NCBI GenBank assembly: GCA_964016885.1 | Contig: OZ024761.1 | Location: 10,602,001 to 10,666,000, forward strand | From: Eledone cirrhosa | Lineage: Eukaryota | Direction: 5' to 3' | Length of the DNA stretch: 64,000 nt | Shown here: in pieces, positions 54,230 through 64,000 of the stretch | How positions within the stretch are numbered: the stretch's first letter is position 1 | Layout of the letters: each line of letters begins with the position of its first letter | Program-made: the position numbers and the translations under genes | The notes under the pieces: generated by a model | Told to the model about the DNA's origin: nothing | What the model saw: only the letters and a program-made list of their open reading frames with translations | Database searches by the model: none

Positions 54230-55039
54230 ATTGAATCTATGAGACTTTAATATTATTTATTTTGAGAACAATACCTTAACGCTGGTTATGGCTGGTTTGA
54301 ACAGAAAGAGGTGAAAGAACTTTGGCCGGTTTAAATGCTAAACAGTTAATTAACTGTTTAGCATCTACATTACTCTATATTTACTATTGTGTTTTCATGG
54401 TAAAGGTTTTATCCCACATAATATCGAATCTATGAGCTTTTGATATTATTTATTTTTAGAACGTTGGTATTAGTGGCTGGTTACGACCGGTTTGAACAGA
54501 AAGAGGGGAGAAGACTCTGGCCGGATATGGCCAGTGTAAATGCTAATCGGTTAAATCAATATTAATAATTGTTTCTGTTTTGGGCACAAGGCCAGCAATT
54601 ATCTCAGTGTATTACTGGTACTTTATTTTATCGATCCCCGTAAGGATGAAAGTTAACCTCGGCGGGATTTGAACTCAGACCGTAAAGGGGCGTAACTCTA
54701 TGCTGCAAAGCATGGCGTCCGACCCTCCACCAATACTGCCAATCCACCAAAATCAATAATAGTGATTTCTGGTATAGGCACAAGGCCAGTAATTTATGGG
54801 CAGGGGAAAATCGATTAAATCGACCCTAGTACGTTACTGGTGCTTTATTTTATTGACCCCATAAGGATGAAAGGCAAAGTTAATCTTTGCGGGATTTGAA
54901 TTCAGGCCGTAAAGGGGCGTAACTCTATGCTGCAAAGCATGGCGTCCGACTCTCCACCGATACTGCCAATCCACCAAAATCAATAATACTAATATGATGA
55001 TGATTTAGTTTAATTAATTTTTTTTTCTCTATTTTTCAG

Positions 55040-55072
55040 GATAGAAAATCTTGGTCAGGATTACAGTTATAA
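55040..55072 (+). CDS. NVL: NVL terminal exon 24
   Basis: Strong pyrimidine tract, cag acceptor, DRKSWSGLQL*; ATTAAA at 55127. Confidence 0.75.
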   Translation, partial: DRKSWSGLQL

Positions 55073-55326
55073 AATATTCTGCTTAAAAACACCAAAAAAA
55101 AAGGTCTTGTTTTAATTTAATTGTTAATTAAAAAGAAAAAAATATATATATATCATCATCGTTTAACGTCCATGTTCCACGCTTGCATGGGTTTGATATA
55201 TATATTTATTTATTTAATTCTTTTTCCCTATATTTATTTATATTAAATGTGTAAATATCTCCGAGATCAGCTGTTGACCATATTGTTATAGTTTATGTCC
55301 TGGGGTCATTTGTTGACCATATGGTA

Positions 55327-58300
55327 ACAAACCTAGCATGCCATTTCCACTGCTGCTGCTGCTACTACCTGCCTAACTAACTCTCTCCTCCTCTGGCGCA
55401 TCCCAACACACCCTGCCATTACCCCACCACCACTGTCCTTCTAGCCCTCAATTTTCCCACCGTTATGGATGGATGAGCTGGGAATACACGAGCAACTCTG
55501 AATCAATAGATGAAATATGAATCTGCGAGCTACCAAGCACCCACGTGAAGCGCCAACCCAGAGACCCTCCCCTACGAGTGTCGACAAATGCCCAAAACTC
55601 CGAGTTGGTACCATCAATGTAGGCTCAATGAAAGGAAGAGCAGGAGAAATCGTAGAAATGCTAGAGCGAAAGGAAGTTGATGTATGCTGTGTGCAAGAGA
55701 CTAGATGGAGAGGAGGGTCTGCTAGAGTCCTTGTAGGAAAAAGCCAGTGCTACAAATTTTTCTGGGTGGGAAATGACGATGGGATGGGTGGTGTAGGTAT
55801 ACTATTAGCTGACAAGTGGGTAGATAAAGTAATCTCAGTGTACAGGGTAAATGCAAGAATCATTAAACTCAGACTAGTCCTGAATAAGACAATTACCACA
55901 ATAATATCAGCTTACGCACCCCAATCGGGGCTGCCAGACGAACTTAAGGATAGGTTTTACGAGTCCCTAATACACACTACTGCTCTAACAGACGACAAGG
56001 ACTTCCTAATCATTGCAGGAGATTTTAACGGACACGTAGGTAAACACTGCGACGGCTTCAATAGAGTACATGGAGGCCATGGAGTTGGCACAAGGAATGA
56101 GGAAGGATTCAGACTTCTAGAATTCTGCGACGCCAATGACATGTCGATATGTAACACAAACTTTAAAAAACCCGACAACCACCTGATCACCTATAGATCA
56201 GGGGAGCACTCTAGTCAGTTAGATTTTATCCTCATCAGAGGACGTGACAGATGGACGGTCGTAAACACAAAAGCCTTCCCTAGTGAGGAATGTACATCCC
56301 AACATAGCTTAGTTGTCAGCGACCTCACGGTCAGAACTAGACGAGCCCTGAAACAGAGGCCAACCTGGAGAAGAAAGATCTGGAAGCTGAAAGTCCCCTC
56401 AACCAGTAACAGATTTAAAGATATTTTACTCAACGCCTACGACAGTAAAGAAGAACAGATAGAGACATTTAACGTAGAAGAGAACTGGGAGTTCCTAAAA
56501 AATAACTTACTAGAGGCGACGGATGAGGTTTGTGGCTGGAGTAAGACCTCAAGCAGGAGGAGAGTGACTTGGTGGTGGAACAATAAGGTAGATGAAGCAG
56601 TCAAGGCCAAGAGACAGGCATGGAAAGAATGGAAGAACGGGGGGAGCAGGGTACATTACATAGAGACCAAGAGGGAAGCTAGGCGACAAGTATACTTAGC
56701 TAGGAGGGAAGCAGAGGATAGAAAATTCAAGCATGTTTTACAACGTGAGGACCAGAAACAGGAGGTATTCAAGATTGCGAGGCAGTGTGTCAGAGATAGT
56801 TGTGATGTCATTGGAGAGAAGTGTATCCGGAATGATAAAGGTGAGCTTGCCCTCACAAGTGCTGAGAAGAAAGATGCATGGAAGAGTCATTATGATAGAT
56901 TACTAAATGAGGAGAATGCATGGGAAGAAGAGACCCTACCCCACGTAGACCCTATAGAGGGACCAGCAGTACAAGTCAGCGGCAGCGTAGTAAGTAAGGC
57001 AATCAGAGATATGAAGATAGGGAAGGCAACCGGTCCATCGGGTATAGCTGCCGAGATGCTGAAGGCATCTGGGTCTGTAGGTCACACTATAACCACACGT
57101 ATCGTTAACCAGGTAATACTAGAGGGGGCCATACCAAAAGATTGGTGCAGTAGCATCATTGTCAACTGCTACAAAGGTAAAGGCGATGCACTAGATAGAG
57201 GAAACTATAGAGGTATAAAGTTGATGGACCAGGTCATGAAAGTAACAGAAAGAGTTATAGCACAGCTGATTAGGGACCGGGTGAATATAGACGAGATGCA
57301 ATTTGGGTTTGTACCAGGGAAAGGCACCACTGATGCGCTCTTCCTTGTGAGGCAATTACAGGAAAAGTACCTAGCTAAAAGTAAGCCACTCTACTTGGCA
57401 TTTGTCGACCTTGAGAAAGCCTTTGACAGAGTTCCACGTGCAGTAATCTGGTGGGCTCTTAGAAAACTAGGAGTAGATGAATGGCTTGTGAAAGCGGTAC
57501 AAGCCATGTATAGGGGAGCAGTCAGCAAAGTTAGGATTGGCAATGAGTATAGCGAGGAATTTAGCGTACAGGTTGGGGTCCACCAGGGCTCTGTTCTTAG
57601 CCCTCTCCTGTTCATCATAGTCCTGCAGGCAATAACGGAGGAGTTTAAGACCGGATGCCCATGGGAACTCCTGTATGCTGATGACCTCGCACTCATAGCT
57701 GAATCTATGGTAGAACTAGAGAATAAATTCCAAACCTGGAAGCAGGGACTAGAGAGAAAGGGCCTCAAAGTCAACATGACAAAGACTAAGGTCCTTATAA
57801 GTAGACGAGAAAACAGAACCCAGATCCCCTCAGGGAAATGGCCTTGCTCAGTATGTAGGAAAGGTGTAGGTAGGAACTCCATTCTTTGCCCCAAATGCAA
57901 ACAATGGGTACACAAGAGATGTAGCGGGATCTCAGGAAGCTTAATTAAGAATGTAGGATTCACATGCAGCAGCTGTGCTGAAACAGCAAGCAAACAGCCA
58001 CAGGAAACAAGTACCACCAATCTCTGGGAGGGCCCTGTAGAAACAGTAGACAGCTTCTGCTACCTAGGTGACCGAATTAGCAACGGAGGTGGGTGCTCAG
58101 AAAGTACAATAACTAGGGTAAGAACGGGATGGAAGAAGTTTAGGGAACTACTACCACTGCTAGCTGCAAAAGGCTTCTCCCTCAGAATGAAAGGCAGACT
58201 GTATGATGCGTGTATCCGAACAGCGATGTTGCATGGTAGTGAGACCTGGGCGCTGAAGGTGGAAGACTTACGTAGATTAGAGAGAAACGAAGCCTGCATG

Positions 58301-58934
58301 CTCCGATGGATGTGTAACAGTAATATACGTGAACGACAAAGCATAAATGAATTGAGAGAGAGACTGAGCATAAGAGGAATCAAATGCTGCGTGCAGGAGA
58401 GGCGGTTACGCTGGTATGGACATGTGATGCGTATGAAGGATGACAGCTGCATAAAAAGGTGCAGAGCACTAGAAGTTGATGGAAACCGCGGAGTGGGGAG
58501 ACCCAAGATGACTTGGGATGAGGTGATAAAAGCCGACCTTACCCAACTACACCTCTCAAAGTCAATGACACACGACCGTGACTTCTGGCGTCACGCAGTA
58601 ATACAGGGTACCCGACCTCCCATGGGTACATGCTGAAGCATATAAACAATATGCCCCCCCCCCCCCCCCCCACCGCAAGGTGGTCGTGGAGGTGCCACGG
58701 CAAAAAAGCACCCAGCCCACACTGTAAAGTGGACGTGTAGGCGCCACGAAAAAGCACCCAGCACTCACTGTAAATGAGGTTGGTGTTAGGAAGGGCATCC
58801 AGCTGTAGAAATCAAGCCAGATCAGTTCCTGTATGAGCAAGGCATGGTCAGCCGACCAGACACTGCCCACAACAGGACAACCCGTCTAACCCATGCTAGC
58901 GTGGAAGAACGGACGTAAAACGGTGATGATGATG
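55327..58934 (+). mobile_element. Apparently full-length RTE-clade LINE
   Basis: Single uninterrupted APE+RT ORF, 3' UTR with 48-bp units, (GAT)n tail, candidate TSD ATGGTA (55321-55326 and 58935-58940). Confidence 0.9.
55517..58636 (+). CDS. RTE LINE polyprotein: AP endonuclease, reverse transcriptase, PHD-type zinc finger
   Basis: VGTINV, CVQETRW, SAYAPQ, GDFNGHVG, SQLDFIL, SQH; QFGF, FVDLEKAFDRV, GVHQGSVLSP, LYADD, YLG; RRLRWYGHV, GRPK. Confidence 0.95.
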   Translation: MNLRATKHPREAPTQRPSPTSVDKCPKLRVGTINVGSMKGRAGEIVEMLERKEVDVCCVQETRWRGGSARVLVGKSQCYKFFWVGNDDGMGGVGILLADKWVDKVISVYRVNARIIKLRLVLNKTITTIISAYAPQSGLPDELKDRFYESLIHTTALTDDKDFLIIAGDFNGHVGKHCDGFNRVHGGHGVGTRNEEGFRLLEFCDANDMSICNTNFKKPDNHLITYRSGEHSSQLDFILIRGRDRWTVVNTKAFPSEECTSQHSLVVSDLTVRTRRALKQRPTWRRKIWKLKVPSTSNRFKDILLNAYDSKEEQIETFNVEENWEFLKNNLLEATDEVCGWSKTSSRRRVTWWWNNKVDEAVKAKRQAWKEWKNGGSRVHYIETKREARRQVYLARREAEDRKFKHVLQREDQKQEVFKIARQCVRDSCDVIGEKCIRNDKGELALTSAEKKDAWKSHYDRLLNEENAWEEETLPHVDPIEGPAVQVSGSVVSKAIRDMKIGKATGPSGIAAEMLKASGSVGHTITTRIVNQVILEGAIPKDWCSSIIVNCYKGKGDALDRGNYRGIKLMDQVMKVTERVIAQLIRDRVNIDEMQFGFVPGKGTTDALFLVRQLQEKYLAKSKPLYLAFVDLEKAFDRVPRAVIWWALRKLGVDEWLVKAVQAMYRGAVSKVRIGNEYSEEFSVQVGVHQGSVLSPLLFIIVLQAITEEFKTGCPWELLYADDLALIAESMVELENKFQTWKQGLERKGLKVNMTKTKVLISRRENRTQIPSGKWPCSVCRKGVGRNSILCPKCKQWVHKRCSGISGSLIKNVGFTCSSCAETASKQPQETSTTNLWEGPVETVDSFCYLGDRISNGGGCSESTITRVRTGWKKFRELLPLLAAKGFSLRMKGRLYDACIRTAMLHGSETWALKVEDLRRLERNEACMLRWMCNSNIRERQSINELRERLSIRGIKCCVQERRLRWYGHVMRMKDDSCIKRCRALEVDGNRGVGRPKMTWDEVIKADLTQLHLSKSMTHDRDFWRHAVIQGTRPPMGTC

Positions 58935-59086
58935 ATGGTAGATATGATATGTAAATGTCTCTAAGTCTCCAAGATCAGTTGTTGTCCATATGGCTGTAGT
59001 TTTATGTCCTGAGTTCAAATCATGTTCAGATCAACTTTTTCTCCTCTCACTAAAGTTGATCAAATTAGGTACTGAGTTGATAGATA

Positions 59087-59538
59087 CTTGTGTATGCCCC
59101 ATCTAGCTTTTTCTCCAGCTTCGACGTTAGCGTCCAAGTGATAGAGCCATAAACAAGCACAGATTCCACAGCAACTCTGAAGAAATTCCTTTTCAGTTTC
59201 GCCGGCAGCTCCGTGCTGCTTTAAACGTGTCTTGGAGGGAACACCCAACAAATAAGGATCTCTATGGCAATATACCACCTATCAGCAGGTCAATACGTGG
59301 ACAGAGACTCGGATTTGCTGGCCACTGTTGGTGCAGCAAGGAAGAAATAGCAGGTGGTGTATTGTTATGGAGTCCATCTCGTGGAGCAAGAAATGCTGGT
59401 CATCCCTAGAAGACATACGTCAAGCAACTTGAGGACGATACTGGATGCACTGCGGAAGAACTGGAAAACGCTATGAGAGACAGAGATGGATGGAGGAAAC
59501 GTGTCGTAGAAAGCCGAGCAAGTTCGACCTGATGATGA
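59087..59538 (+). mobile_element. 5'-inverted truncated RTE/RTEX-like LINE
   Basis: Minus 59208-59087 encodes LKRNFFRVAVESVLVYGSITWTLT..LDGAYT; plus from 59209 encodes LRAALNVSWREHPTNKDLYG...RDRDGWR, then a (tga)n tail. Confidence 0.78.
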
Positions 59539-60357
59539 TACATAACTTTATGTTAATTTAATATTAGTAATCTTGTATATAACAAAACAGCTTTATATTA
59601 ATTTCATAGACATTTTATTTCACGTTGCTCCAGTTTACTCAGCTATAGAAATGAGTTGCTACGTCACTGGTGCCAAGCTGTATCGGCCTTTGCCTTTCCC
59701 TTGGGCAGTATTGGTGACATGGAGATGGGCAAGCTAGTATGCATGGTCGACTGTTGGTCTTCCACAAACAAACCTTGCCCAGTCCGAAGGTGGTCCTTAC
59801 CTTTACCCTTGCAGTAAGTTAGGTGAACTGACATAAAAGTCAACAGTGAATCATACCAACTTCCTTGTTCTTTTATATTATAAAAAAAAACAAGCTGTTG
59901 AAAGGTAGATGAACTCCTCAGAGTCAACAGCCATCCACCCCAACTATGGGTTAAATAGCCTTACCAATCCTCAGTTGATCAAGCATGGTGAGGACGGCTA
60001 CATTCCTAACATGATCAAAACCAAACAAAGTGGTGAAGATCAACCATGGAGGGGGTTCCTCTAACTTGAGTGAGAAAGCTCTGGATTTGGTTAGACTCGT
60101 TTTCCTCTACCTAAGCAACCATGTTTTTATAATGGAATAGTCATACCACTAACAAATTTTATTTTCTTAATTATTCATTTATTCATTCAAAATGTTTTAT
60201 TGATACCTACTAAATTCGTTTAATGATGTCAACCTATACAATTTTCATTGAAACTCATCTAATTTCAAATTCTGAAATTTATATCCTGGTCAATTTATGT
60301 AAACAATTTTCCAGTAGCCATTTTGTTTCGTGAACTGATCTTTGGGTGTTTATTGTA

Positions 60358-60482
60358 TTATAGCAAAGATTTTTTGGAAAATCGATCCAGGCGGAAGTGG
60401 CTCATGTCATACGAAGGTTTTCTGTTCATGACCATATCCCCCAGGATTTTCCCTGTTACAGGGGCCAACTTGAAACCGTGTC
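60358..60482 (-). CDS. PIPOX: Peroxisomal sarcosine/pipecolate oxidase terminal exon
   Basis: cag acceptor, (G)[18 protein letters not shown]...[12 protein letters not shown]; AATAAA just downstream on the minus strand. Confidence 0.9.
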
Positions 60483-60591
60483 CTGCAAGTTTCAAAGAAA
60501 AACAATAAAGTAATCAAATGAATTTTATGAATATATGTCGTTTGGGTCTGTGTATGTGTATATATATATGTTGTATGTGCGCACACACACT

Positions 60592-60631
<40 letters not shown>

Positions 60632-61047
60632 GAAATAAAACAAGGACGAATGGTTACTCCTTCATTACGTTTATTTGTTGGTGACGCGCGTTTCGCTATT
60701 GATCAGCTCAAGGTTCGATCTGTATCAATCTAGCCCCACTCCCTATATATATATATTGATCACAGCTCCGATACTATGGGCATGTGGTTAGAATGTTTCA
60801 GGAAAGAATCACTGAACAGATTTTATAGGCAAAACCAACTGACAGGAGACCCAGGGGTAGACCCCGAGCAAAATAGTTTGATAGCATCCATGAGCTCAGC
60901 TAGTCTCACTTAGGGATCAAGCCAGATCAATTGGAGATTGTTGTTTTTTGACAGGACCTGCTGGAAGGAGTGTTTGAGGATTCTGCTCCTATGAGCCCCC
61001 TCAGAAATAAGGAGAAGAAGAAGAATATAGAATGTTGAATGTTTTAC

Positions 61048-61123
61048 CTGAAAATCCAGCCCCTAAAATCAGGTTTGGGAACTTTGGGTGTCGGTCAAGA
61101 ACAAATTGTTCATCTGGGGTCAT
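61048..61123 (-). CDS. PIPOX: PIPOX exon
   Basis: [25 protein letters not shown](G). Confidence 0.92.
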
Positions 61124-61304
61124 CTAGAAATAACAAAACTTCACATTTATTGGGGTCATTGATAGTTTGTGTGTGTTAAATACTTTAACCCTTTCATTAC
61201 CATATTGTTAATGAAGGACACTGCCTATGATTTTTGAATAATTTTGAAAATATTGAGAATTTGGTGGGATTTAGTAAAATAACTTACATTCTTATTAAGC
61301 TTGT

Positions 61305-61605
61305 GTTTGGAACATAACTTAACAAAGGTTCTTACATGAGATTATGATGGAAGGTTTTTAGATAAATATAAACAGTTTAAAACAATTCTGTATCAGAGAA
61401 CCAAGGGTGGTTGGAACATAACTTAACAAAGGTTCTTACATAAGATTATGGTGGAAGGTTTTTAGATAAATATAAACAGTTTAGAACAGTTCTGTATCAT
61501 AAAGCCAAGGGTAGTTGGAACATAACTTAACAAAGGTTCTTACATGAGATTATGGTGGAAGTTTTTTAGATGAATATAAACAGTTTTGTATGATAGAACC
61601 AGAGT
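61305..61605. repeat. ~105-bp tandem triplication
   Basis: ttggaacataacttaacaaaggttcttaca occurs three times. Confidence 0.7.
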
Positions 61606-61657
61606 ACATTCAGGTGGGTTGGTTTTGAAAGAAGAGAGAAAAAGAGGTGAGGCTTAC

Positions 61658-61807
61658 CGTGTAAATGCATGTCTCTATGATACTGGGATGTGGTTCTAGC
61701 CCAGGGAATATATCTTTGGCTAGTTGTTCACATTTCTCAATAGTGTACCTGGAGTCAACCTGATCCCTACGGTCGGGATGGACTTCAGGACCATGGTGCA
61801 AAAATAC
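61658..61807 (-). CDS. PIPOX: PIPOX exon (FAD-attachment Cys region)
   Basis: VFLHHGPEVHPDRRD...FPGLEPHPSIIETCIYT. Confidence 0.9.
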
Positions 61808-62724
61808 CTGCAAAAATCATCATCATTATGATCATCATCACTGCTTAATATCAGCTTTCCCTGCTAGCAAGGTTTTGATGGATCTTCATAGATAAGTCAG
61901 TACTGAAGTGGGGCTACTGCTCTCCCAGAAAACACAGTGGGGTCTGCACCTCACTCATGTACAATTTCACATTCTACTGATTTACTGAAGGGTCCTCCAA
62001 ACCTTTTGTTTGGCAAGCTTTCTGAAGCTGGATGCCCCTCATAGTGGGTGCGTTTATAGTGTAGATATAAATATATTTATATCTACACTATAAGAAAACA
62101 CAAGCTCATGTGAAAAATACTTTGTGCTAACTTTGACAGAGAAATGGTAATCTGATATTTTCCTCTCTAGCCATTTCTTTTACACAGTGTTGACAAGATG
62201 TTCAGTGGTCATGCAGCAGCTATCTAAAGCTACCTACGTATTTATCTATCTATCTTCAGACAATAAATACAGCAACATTTACATTCAACACTTACATGGG
62301 TTAGATGGGTTGTCTTGCTCTGAGGCTTGACAGCCAAGTTTCAGTTTATGAACATTTCCAGTGAAGAATGGCCTTCAGGAACGAATTAAGTTTGTGAACT
62401 GAGGTTCCACTGTAATTTTGTGTGTGAGTGTGTATATATATAAATATATATATAATTTTGAGTATGTGTTGGTTGTTTACCGACCCTTCAGTATGCAGGT
62501 TGGAGAACTCCACACTCTGGATCTGAACATATCAATGGATTAACAAAGTAAAATCTATTACATTATGTTTTCCTGCTCTTTCGGTTCAAGTTCTTACTGC
62601 TTGATGAGGTCATAACTGTTGAATAATGGCTATCACTGAAATATATATAGCAGTGAATATGAATAAACGAAGCTAATTTTACCCTGTTGACTTACACTTC
62701 TTGTTTTATATATATATATACACA

Positions 62725-63054
62725 CAGTTGTCCCCCGGTATTCATGGGATTACATTCTCTGAGCACCCGTGAAGAGTGCAAAATTGCGAATATTGGACAT
62801 GGTCTATAAAAATGCCTATAAACGTCAAAACATAATGTAAGATATAGGCTGGCAAATACAGTATATTGTTATTAATAATTTAGTGTTAAAAAACATGAAA
62901 ATATACATATTGCCATGAAAAAAGCCATTAAAAAAATTGCAGAAGATATTTGCAATTCCACAAATAGGCAGTGTTTTCCACAAACAATTACTTGTTAGGT
63001 TCTAAGGAAAATTCCACAAATAACCGGGACTGCAAATGGCAGGGGTACACTGTA
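62725..63054. mobile_element. Tigger/pogo-like MITE remnant
   Basis: CAGTTGTCCCCCGGTATTC...GGGGTACACTG-TA degenerate inverted ends. Confidence 0.4.
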
Positions 63055-63094
63055 TATTAGAGAAACATCCTAAATGCCAACTGATGTCTCTTAC

Positions 63095-63238
63095 CTTGAG
63101 TAAACCAGGATATTCTTCTGCAGGCAGTCCATAAAATTCGTCCACACCGTTTCCATAATAGAATGCTGGGAAATTGTTCTTAAGTTCATATTGTCCAGGT
63201 ATCTTGGCTTTGAAATAGCCAACACTGATCTTCAGTGG
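63095..63238 (-). CDS. PIPOX: PIPOX exon
   Basis: PLKISVGYFK...FPAF...FYGLPAEEYPGLLK. Confidence 0.9.
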
Positions 63239-63723
63239 CTGTGTGAGGAGAATGGCAAGGGGGAGATAATCCAAATAGTGACAAACAGGTCATCATCAGC
63301 TTCATTATTGACATCACTGCCGTTCCATCACCAGCACCACAATCATTGCCAACACCATTATGATCACTATTATCATCAGTAACACTATTACTACCACCAC
63401 TATCATCATCACTCATCACTACCACCAAAATTACCATCACCATCACCACCATTATCACTACCACTTTCACCACCATAATTACCAACACCCAACATCACCA
63501 TCATCAACATCACCACCACTTCACCATCATTTCATCACCACCATCAATACCATCATACCTCAGATATTAATGAACCCCTGGCTTTCAGGTAGGTCCTGGT
63601 ACCAATATACCAGCTGAACCCTAGTGTTTACAAGCCCCAGGATATGGAGAGTGTGTGTGTGTGTGTGTGGGGGGGGGGGGGTACAGGTTATGAAGAATTC
63701 AGTAAATCTGTGGAAATACAAAC

Positions 63724-63906
63724 CTTTATAGGAAAGTCAATACCTAATTGATTGAAATAGGTTCTGGTCCAGGCTCCCATGCACAGGACCACATTCCTTG
63801 ATTGGAATATTCCCTTGCTTGTGTACAGCTGAATAATGTGTCCGGGTTCCACACGTAATACAGGAGTTCCATCAATGATTTTACCTCCAAGTTTCTTGAA
63901 TTGACT
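63724..63906 (-). CDS. PIPOX: PIPOX exon (gene continues beyond the window)
   Basis: SQFKKLGGKIIDG..V..VEPG...VVLCMGAWT..LGIDFPIK, gtttgt donor. Confidence 0.88.
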
Positions 63907-64000
63907 CTGAAGAAAACATAATTGTTTCTTAATAGAAATAGAAGCTTTCGCTGTATTTTTTGTTACTAAAGAAATTTTAGCCTGATAATGGGGTTTAGAA

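Noticed and set aside
49814-54250. 979-, 225- and 278-aa ORFs of repeated YFHGKGFTPHNIYITLYLLV
   Set aside because: Translation of a 60-bp MITE-derived intronic satellite; the unit is a multiple of 3 and frameshifts occur freely.
55327-55516. HDV-like ribozyme expected in some RTE 5' UTRs
   Set aside because: I could not identify the nested double pseudoknot by eye; a descriptor search would be needed.

Overview
Eukaryotic, intron-rich, microsatellite- and minisatellite-rich genomic DNA, most likely octopus or another coleoid cephalopod (inferred from the SINE/RTE families and repeat style). Three protein-coding genes were reconstructed by hand from splice sites and phases: (1) the last two coding exons of calsyntenin (+, 381-1838); (2) a complete 24-exon NVL AAA+ ATPase gene (+, 15267-55072, about 984 aa); (3) the last five coding exons of a PIPOX/sarcosine oxidase gene (-, 60358-63906), convergent with NVL. 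Between NVL and PIPOX lies an apparently intact RTE-clade LINE (1039-aa APE-RT ORF with an embedded PHD finger). Most long ORFs in the track are repeat artefacts. Highlights: a 3.8-kb minisatellite of about 100 copies of the NVL exon-4 splice acceptor, only the last productive; a dispersed family of hammerhead-ribozyme-bearing, Penelope-like inverted elements in NVL introns; satellites born from SINE, LINE and MITE sub-segments; a 5S rRNA copy split by a CR1-like fragment; a twin-priming-type inverted LINE; and a pre-miRNA-like hairpin downstream of calsyntenin.
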